A stretch of DNA of 64,000 nt from an uncultured Verrucomicrobiales bacterium (GTDB taxonomy: Bacteria; Verrucomicrobiota; Verrucomicrobiia; Verrucomicrobiales; DEV007). The notes below the pieces were generated by a model. It saw only the letters and a list, made by a program, of their open reading frames with translations. It made no database searches and had not been told where the DNA came from. The position numbers and the translations under genes are program-made. Shown in pieces: positions 57,561 to 64,000 of this stretch; the stretch's first letter is position 1, and each line of letters starts with the position of its first letter. The stretch is taken from NCBI GenBank assembly GCA_938091905.1, contig CALKOM010000022.1, positions 32,512 through 96,511 on the forward strand. The letters are read 5' to 3'.

Positions 57561-59741
57561 ATGAAGTGGAGATTTCTAGTCGTATCTTGTTGGTCGGTGT
57601 GCCTAACGCAGGCGATTGAGGGTCCCTTCCATGGGACGGCATTGCTCGATTGGGAAGGTGATATCGCCTCTCGATTGGTCACGGCGGCGGACGCCTTTCT
57701 GCTGCAGGAGATCGAGGGCTCTTTTCAGAAACGCGCTGGGTATTGGCATCGGGACGTTTCCTCTGAAGAATCCTATGAAGAATCTATTGCGCCCAATCGC
57801 CAAGAGTTTCGGCGGATCATTGGGGCAGTGGATCAACGTCACCCGTTTGATCGTTTGCGAGAGCAGCGCTTTCTCGGTACCTCGGGGCAATGTGATGTTT
57901 ACGCAATCACTTGGCCAGCGTTTGCCGATGTCCACGGCGAAGGGTTGCTCCTGGAGCCGACCGATGGCGAGGCTCGTGGGAACATCGTATTGATTCCGGA
58001 TGCGGATCAATCTCCCGAATCCTTAGTAGGTTGGTTAGGTGAGCTTCCAAGCGAGCGTCAGCAAGGTCGGATTCTTGCAGAGCGGGGCTACCGAGTGGTC
58101 ATTCCGACCATTATTAATCGAGAAGTCACTTATCGGAAACTGAGTAACCGTGAGTACCTGTATCGACCTGCCTTTGAGCTTGGTCGTCACTTGATCGGAT
58201 ACGAAGTGCTCAAGATAGAAGCGATCCTCCATTGGTTGGCGCACACTTACGAGAGTGATGATCTTCGCGTGGCCGGTTGGGGAGAGGGTGGTTTGTTAGC
58301 ACTCTACACAGCAGCAGTGAATCCCGAATTCACCCACGCCTTTGTGAGTGGCTACTTTGGTCCTCGGCAATCCGTCTGGGAAGAGCCGGCCTATCGAAAC
58401 ATCTTTGGATTACTCTTGCAGTTTGGTGATGCGGAGATCGCGAGCCTCATTGCGCCACGATCGCTTGTTATCGAGGCCATTCCTGGTCCAGAGCTAGTCG
58501 TGCCATCGGGAACAGGCGGCAAGCCTGGGCGCTTGGCTTCAGCAAGCCTTGAGGAGATTCAGGTTGAGCATGCGCGCGCTGTTCAGCTTACCGGGCTTTT
58601 CGGAGCGGAGAAGTCGCTGAAGCTTGGCAATCTTGATGACTTTGCCCCTGCTGGAAAGCAGCGTCTTGCCGTGCCGGACATTTCTCTGCCGGACGTCGAG
58701 GCGCGTCATGCGCGGCAGCTCAAGGAGCTTGATCGGCACAATCAACAGGTGCTCGCCGAGAGTCCGTACACGCGGGCGACGTTCATGAAAGACCTCAAGA
58801 CAGATTCCCTAGCAAACTTCGAGGAATCGGTTGAGCCCTACAGGCAATACTTTGCCGATGAAGTGGTTGGCACTTTTGATCGCGCCCTCGTTGAGCCACG
58901 TCCTCGATCCCGCGTCTTCCTGGAAACCGATGAGGTGACAATTTATGAGGTCGTGCACGACGTCTATGATGGACTCTTTGCCTATGGTCTCCTCTGCTGG
59001 CCCAAGGATATTGAGAAAGCAGAGCGTCGCCCAGTGGTCGTTTGTCAGCATGGACTTGAAGGGCGTCCACAGATGGTTATTGGCGAGGACGGTTTCCATT
59101 ACTACCAAGCCTTTGCCGTCGAATTGGCGAAGCGTGGGTTCATTACGTTTTCTCCCCAGCACCTTTACATCTTTCAAGACCGGTTTCGCACGCTGCAGTT
59201 CAAAGCGAACGCTTTGAAGAAGACCTTGTTCTCGCTCATGGTGCCTCAGCACGAGCAGCTGACCCGTTGGTTAGGTAGCTTGCCCAATGTGGATTCAAAG
59301 CGAATCGGCTTCTACGGCCTATCCTATGGGGGGAAGTCCGCCATGCGGATCCCGCCGCTTGTTCCCGCCTATTGCCTGTCTATTTGTTCGGCAGATTTCA
59401 ACGACTGGGTCTGGAAGAACGCGTCTACGCGCAGCCCATACAGTTATGTCTTCACGGGTGAGTACGAGATCTTTGAGTTCGATCTTGGGAGTACCTTCAA
59501 CTATGCAGAAATGGCCGCTCTCATCGCGCCGCGGCCCTTTATGGTGGAGCGCGGCCACTTCGATGGTGTCGCTCCCGACGAACGAGTAGCCTTAGAATTC
59601 GCCAAAGTTCGTCACCTATATGCGGCGAAACTCAAGTTGCCTGACAATATCGCTATCGAGTGGTTCGATGGTCCCCATCGTATCAATGGCGACCAAACGT
59701 TCCGCTTCCTCCACAAGCACCTACTCTGGCCGGAACCCTAA
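57561..59741 (+). CDS. Secreted tandem alpha/beta-hydrolase (dienelactone hydrolase/esterase-like)
   Basis: Signal peptide; two repeats each ending A.LIAPR; second has VVCQHG, GFYGLSYGG, FD and GPH; first has AGWGEGG. Confidence 0.82.
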   Translation: MKWRFLVVSCWSVCLTQAIEGPFHGTALLDWEGDIASRLVTAADAFLLQEIEGSFQKRAGYWHRDVSSEESYEESIAPNRQEFRRIIGAVDQRHPFDRLREQRFLGTSGQCDVYAITWPAFADVHGEGLLLEPTDGEARGNIVLIPDADQSPESLVGWLGELPSERQQGRILAERGYRVVIPTIINREVTYRKLSNREYLYRPAFELGRHLIGYEVLKIEAILHWLAHTYESDDLRVAGWGEGGLLALYTAAVNPEFTHAFVSGYFGPRQSVWEEPAYRNIFGLLLQFGDAEIASLIAPRSLVIEAIPGPELVVPSGTGGKPGRLASASLEEIQVEHARAVQLTGLFGAEKSLKLGNLDDFAPAGKQRLAVPDISLPDVEARHARQLKELDRHNQQVLAESPYTRATFMKDLKTDSLANFEESVEPYRQYFADEVVGTFDRALVEPRPRSRVFLETDEVTIYEVVHDVYDGLFAYGLLCWPKDIEKAERRPVVVCQHGLEGRPQMVIGEDGFHYYQAFAVELAKRGFITFSPQHLYIFQDRFRTLQFKANALKKTLFSLMVPQHEQLTRWLGSLPNVDSKRIGFYGLSYGGKSAMRIPPLVPAYCLSICSADFNDWVWKNASTRSPYSYVFTGEYEIFEFDLGSTFNYAEMAALIAPRPFMVERGHFDGVAPDERVALEFAKVRHLYAAKLKLPDNIAIEWFDGPHRINGDQTFRFLHKHLLWPEP

Positions 59742-59752
59742 GTTCCCGAGGA

Positions 59753-61264
59753 TCAGTCGAGGCGTTGCAACTCGCGCATGCGGAATGCCTGCTTTAGTCG
59801 CTCGTCCATCGCTGCGGTCATCCGTGCGTCCAAAATGAGTTCGTGGGGCGCTTCCGCAATGTCGATTCTGTGGACCGGTCCTTCGGGGGCACCGAAGGCG
59901 TCAGCCACATCTTGGAGATTCTTGATCTCTTTTCCGTTCACTTCGTCCACAATAACGTGGGACACGGACTCGTAACCCAGCGTGGCTGGCGTGCGCATGA
60001 CTCGGCTGATGAAAACAACCTTCTCGCGGCCTTCTTTCTCATAGTCTTCGGGGTGTGTTAGGGCCCAAAGGAGTTTCATGGGGGCGCGCTGACGCCATTG
60101 GTCGCCAAAGATCTTCAGGTATGGGCGAGTCAGTTCCTGGAAAACGACACCACCGGCGATGAAGAAGCGTGGTCCTTTGTCAAAGAGATAGGGATCAACC
60201 AGATGATCTTCTGGTGCACGTCGAGTCATCGTCGCAGTCAATTCCTTGCTTTCGCCATCGCGGAAGATCTTCACAGGCATTTCTTGGCCAATATGGCTGT
60301 CTCCACGAACGATGTGGCTCATATTCAGACGACCATAGTCCGGATGCTCGTAGTTGCCCCGAGCATCTATCGGGTGGCCTCCGATTTCTAAGAGAACATC
60401 GCCCACCTCAATTCCGGCTTTGGCAGCAGTGCTGTTTGGCGACACGGTCGTCACATAGATGCCGCCTGTTTCGTCGCCTAACTCGAGATAATTGCGCAAT
60501 TGCTCATCCGTCGCCCGAGAGAACGCCATGCCCAGTGTTGGGAAGCCAGAGTAGTCGCCGTCTTCGAGATCTTTGAGAAAGTGATCGATGATGGGAGCAG
60601 CAATCACCGTGGATATTTGTTCTTCGGAATCATAGCTTAGAAGCAGCCCAGCCAGCTTGTTGCCCTTCATGACGGGTAACACGAAGCTGCCGGCATGATA
60701 ACGAAGAGAGCCTTTCAGTTCGTAAGTGAGGAAGGGGGTGCTGCTGAGGAAATAGTTGTCGATAGAGACTTCAAGCAGTGGACAAAGGGTACTCACCGCG
60801 AGGCCATTGTCTTTGACCTGCCAGACATCGAGTTCATCGCCCACGTTGGGGGACGTGTCCAAGGTGAGCCGAGTGGCCCCTTCGAGGAATTCGGGCTTCT
60901 CCTGGCTAATCTCGATTAGTGCTAGATTGGCCTCGTAATCGACCACGGAGATCTTTCCGGGAACTTTTTCACCAGTCTTCGGCTGCTCAAGTTCGACATA
61001 AGTCGCGTCCGACACCATCTGAGCCGAAACGAGGACTTGGCCGTTGTCTAACAGAACGCCGAGTCCGCGGCGAGTGCCGGGCTTTCCTTTCTCCCACGGC
61101 TGGTAGAAATTGTAGTTCTGGGCGGTGATATTCACCCTGAGAATGGAGTCGCCTACGGACGCCGCTTCAGGCTTCGCCTCAGTAGAGGGCGCTGCCGTTG
61201 TGGCGGTTTCTGCGGAGGCGGAGGCCAGAGTTAGGACCGCGAAGGAAATGAGAATGCGTTTCAT
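59753..61264 (-). CDS. Secreted Deg2-like trypsin + PDZ + PDZ protein, catalytic His and Asp replaced
   Basis: YQPW, VLVSAQMV (vs TNAHVV), YEANLAL (vs DCDLAI), AGSFVLP (vs GNSGGP), FIAGGVVFQEL. Confidence 0.85.
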   Translation of the reverse strand: MKRILISFAVLTLASASAETATTAAPSTEAKPEAASVGDSILRVNITAQNYNFYQPWEKGKPGTRRGLGVLLDNGQVLVSAQMVSDATYVELEQPKTGEKVPGKISVVDYEANLALIEISQEKPEFLEGATRLTLDTSPNVGDELDVWQVKDNGLAVSTLCPLLEVSIDNYFLSSTPFLTYELKGSLRYHAGSFVLPVMKGNKLAGLLLSYDSEEQISTVIAAPIIDHFLKDLEDGDYSGFPTLGMAFSRATDEQLRNYLELGDETGGIYVTTVSPNSTAAKAGIEVGDVLLEIGGHPIDARGNYEHPDYGRLNMSHIVRGDSHIGQEMPVKIFRDGESKELTATMTRRAPEDHLVDPYLFDKGPRFFIAGGVVFQELTRPYLKIFGDQWRQRAPMKLLWALTHPEDYEKEGREKVVFISRVMRTPATLGYESVSHVIVDEVNGKEIKNLQDVADAFGAPEGPVHRIDIAEAPHELILDARMTAAMDERLKQAFRMRELQRLD

Positions 61265-61302
61265 GTGCTAGGACAAAGAAGAAAGTTGATCGCGATCGTG
61301 GG

Positions 61303-62877
61303 CTAGTTGAAGATGACGGGGACATCGTCCTCAGCGCTTCCGAGATAGCTGTCTAGGCCGACTTCATAGGTGGCTCGAATGCGCTTGTCTGCAGCCTCCA
61401 CACGCGCTGATTCGACGACGATCGGGAGCCCTTTGCCAAAGAATTCGATGACGTAGAATTCAGGGACTTCTGCAGGGTGGAGCGCATCGTAGAGATCTTG
61501 CAGGTTCTTAATCTTTTGATCGTTAATCTTATCGACGACGGAGTGTTGGAAGCCTCCGAAATTGCTGTTGATGGCATCGGGTAAGATACTTGTGAGGACC
61601 ACGATCTCGGGGCGTTCGTCAAAGAGCTCGTCCTGCACATAGAAGGTGTAGAGATAGCGAGCTGCCATGCTCTCGATATTGTGCGCAGCCATGAGATTGC
61701 GATCCAGTGGTTGGAAGGTGAGCCCGGCAAATGTCGTGTAACGCGGCCGCTTGTCGTAGGTATTGGCCTGAATCAAGTAGGGATCGAATGGCTTCAGTTC
61801 GATCTCGACGGACTTCGGTTGGCCATCGCGGAGGATCTTCATGTCCACCTTGTCTCCCTTGAATCGGCGCTCCACGATTTCATTCATGTTCACGAACTCG
61901 CCGTCGACTTCCACGTAACCGTTGCTAGCGATCTCGCGACCGTCGATGCTCAACAAGACATCGCCCTCTTCTAACATGCCATCACAAGATCCACTATTGG
62001 ATACGGACGCCACTAACGTTCCTACGGAGCTATCCGGTTCCAAACCGAGAGCCAACCTCTGGGCTGGATTGATAAGGTCGAAGTCGCCGATGGCTAGATC
62101 AACGTAACGGTCATACTGGCCATCTTCGATGTCGTGCAGGAAGCGACGCAGCACCGGTGTGGGGATCATGTAGCCCACATTCTGCGCCACCGCACCGGAG
62201 ATGCCCTGGAAGGCCACGCCAACGACCTTGCCTTCTTGAAGCACAGGGCCGCCACTATTGCCAGGGTTGATGGCGGCATCGATCTGGATGGCAAGATGGA
62301 GATCCGCACCGCTATGACTGTATGGCTGGAAATCGATGCGAGAGACGACGCCTCGTGTTGTGGAGAGGCGGCGACCACCAAGAGGATAGCCGATCACGGT
62401 GACCGTGCTCTCAAGCTTGGGAATGTCGCCGATATCTAACGGCTTCGCATCAGCAAAGGGAATTGGATCAGAACACTCTAAGATCGCCAGGTCACAATCG
62501 TGAGCGATGTGAAGGAGCTTGGCGGCATATTTCTCCGGGTCGCCATACTTCTTAATGAGCAATCGCGTGTTGTCTGCCACGACGTGCGCATTGGTGACGA
62601 ACTTGTTGGGTGCGATCATGAAGCCTGTGCCGGTGCCGCCGGTTTCGCGTCCGCCGTTCCAAGGCTGCTGATAATCGGGCACGAGAGAGGCGCATTCAAT
62701 CTCGACGATACTTTCGTAGAGATCCCGGGACGTGTTGGGGGGACCCACGGGTGCCGATTTCGCGGCGGGTGTCTCGGTTTCGCTCGACTGTTCCTGCGCG
62801 GAGGCAGTCCATAAACTCAGGCCAAGGGCCGTGATCAGCCACGCTGGCTTTGGGAGGGAGATGCGAATGGTCATCAT
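61303..62877 (-). CDS. Secreted Deg2-like serine protease (trypsin + PDZ + PDZ) with intact triad
   Basis: PDYQQPW, GTGF, VTNAHVV, HDCDLAIL, TRGVVSRI, IQIDAAINPGNSGGP, FAGLTFQPL; start moved to MMTIR. Confidence 0.93.
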   Translation of the reverse strand: MMTIRISLPKPAWLITALGLSLWTASAQEQSSETETPAAKSAPVGPPNTSRDLYESIVEIECASLVPDYQQPWNGGRETGGTGTGFMIAPNKFVTNAHVVADNTRLLIKKYGDPEKYAAKLLHIAHDCDLAILECSDPIPFADAKPLDIGDIPKLESTVTVIGYPLGGRRLSTTRGVVSRIDFQPYSHSGADLHLAIQIDAAINPGNSGGPVLQEGKVVGVAFQGISGAVAQNVGYMIPTPVLRRFLHDIEDGQYDRYVDLAIGDFDLINPAQRLALGLEPDSSVGTLVASVSNSGSCDGMLEEGDVLLSIDGREIASNGYVEVDGEFVNMNEIVERRFKGDKVDMKILRDGQPKSVEIELKPFDPYLIQANTYDKRPRYTTFAGLTFQPLDRNLMAAHNIESMAARYLYTFYVQDELFDERPEIVVLTSILPDAINSNFGGFQHSVVDKINDQKIKNLQDLYDALHPAEVPEFYVIEFFGKGLPIVVESARVEAADKRIRATYEVGLDSYLGSAEDDVPVIFN

Positions 62878-62978
62878 GAATTGGGAGTGTAGGGCGCCGC
62901 TTGGCCAGCGCAAGCCTGGGGAATGGGGCCATACGAGGTCGCTTGACCTACGAACGGCCGGCCCCATAGGCTGCCTCA

Positions 62979-63995
62979 ATGAATCGACTTTTCCTAATAT
63001 CGCTTGCCACCGCCTCTTTGCTCACCCTCACGACCGGCTGGGGACAGAACACACTGAACTTTCCCGCACTGGGCAGGATCGTAGAATCTGACCCCAAGTT
63101 GGCCGAAGTCCTCGACAAATCAGCCGAACTGGAGGTCCTGGGATCGGGATTCGACTGGGCAGAAGGGCCGGTTTGGGTCAGAGATGGTAAGTATCTGCTT
63201 TTCTCTGACATTCCACCTAATAAAGTGGTGAAGTGGGAAGAAGGGAAAGGAATTTCGACGTTTCTCCAGCCTTCTGGTTACACGGGAGCGACCGACTATG
63301 GGGGCGAGCCAGGAAGCAATGGGCTCTTGCTAGATGGTCAGGGGCGCCTGGTATCATGCGAGCACGGGGACCGCCGCGTCTCTGTCATGACGAAGGATGG
63401 TGGCAAACGCACTCTCGTCGACAACTACGAAGGGAAACGTTTGAATAGTCCCAACGATGCGGTCTACAAATCCAATGGTGATCTCTATTTCACAGACCCT
63501 CCCTATGGCCTCCCTAAACGCTACGAAGACCGCCGTCGTGAACTCGATTGGTGCGGCGTCTATCGTTTGTCCAAAGACGGCAAGGTGACTTTACTCACGA
63601 AAGAAATGACGCGACCCAACGGTATTGCGTTCTCTCCGGACGAGAAGATTCTCTACGTGGCTCAATCCGATCCGAAGGCGGCTCTTTGGAAAGCGTTTCC
63701 GGTGCAGGATGATGGGACGTTAGGCGATAGCCGCGTCTTTTATGATGCTACTTCTCTTGTTGGAAAATTGCCAGGATTACCGGATGGTCTCAAGGTGGAC
63801 AAAAAAGGGAACCTCTGGGCAACGGGGCCCGGTGGTGTTCACATCTTTGCTGCGGACGGCACTCCGTTAGGCCGCATTGAAACTGGAGAAGCCACTGCAA
63901 ACTGCGGCTGGGGCGACGATGGTACTGTCCTCTACATTACTGCCGATATGTATCTCTGTCGAATTCAGACAAAAGTGACTGGGCTAGGGTTTTAG
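62979..63995 (+). CDS. SMP-30/gluconolactonase family protein, secreted
   Basis: WAEGPVW, LFSDIP, SNGL, LNSPND, YFTDPPYG, PNGIAFSPD, PDGLKVD. Confidence 0.93.
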   Translation: MNRLFLISLATASLLTLTTGWGQNTLNFPALGRIVESDPKLAEVLDKSAELEVLGSGFDWAEGPVWVRDGKYLLFSDIPPNKVVKWEEGKGISTFLQPSGYTGATDYGGEPGSNGLLLDGQGRLVSCEHGDRRVSVMTKDGGKRTLVDNYEGKRLNSPNDAVYKSNGDLYFTDPPYGLPKRYEDRRRELDWCGVYRLSKDGKVTLLTKEMTRPNGIAFSPDEKILYVAQSDPKAALWKAFPVQDDGTLGDSRVFYDATSLVGKLPGLPDGLKVDKKGNLWATGPGGVHIFAADGTPLGRIETGEATANCGWGDDGTVLYITADMYLCRIQTKVTGLGF

Positions 63996-64000
63996 TATTG

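Noticed and set aside
1..64000. CRISPR arrays, tRNA/rRNA genes, integrases, transposases, phage or defence genes
   Set aside because: I saw no spaced repeat arrays, cloverleaf or rRNA signatures, or recognisable mobile or defence motifs. A covariance-model scan would be needed to exclude small RNAs.

Overview
A gene-dense bacterial chromosomal segment (GC roughly mid-50s % by eye, not computed) with about 45 CDS and five eroded genes. I found no rRNA, tRNA, CRISPR array, integrase or transposase. The gene content points to a probably marine member of the Verrucomicrobiota (inference): PVC-type heme-binding proteins, DUF1080 proteins, LamG surface proteins with a STDLxxW...YYRA tail, prenyltransferase-repeat proteins and a kinase-type ECF sigma. 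From left to right: (1) a sugar-acid/oxidative carbohydrate locus with two enolase-superfamily dehydratases, an SSS transporter, AraC, a cytochrome c-propeller-DUF1080 fusion and a large multi-lectin surface protein; (2) an ECF sigma and an SGNH-like/heme-propeller pair; (3) MATE, thiS and thiH; (4) a divergent four-gene cluster resembling glucosylglycerate/mannosylglucosylglycerate solute synthesis and recycling; (5) a peptidase-rich stretch with several gene remnants; (6) housekeeping genes avtA, menD, menF, hpnD, lepB, lepA, leuCD and a FabG-like SDR; (7) a tandem Deg2-like protease pair and a lactonase. The best leads are two independent operons pairing an active trypsin-PDZ protease with a catalytically degenerate paralogue, the compatible-solute cluster, the cytochrome-DUF1080 fusion, a secreted protein with a caspase-like His/Cys dyad, and erosion confined to exported-protein genes. 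All family calls come from motifs recognised by eye, and no database searches were run.
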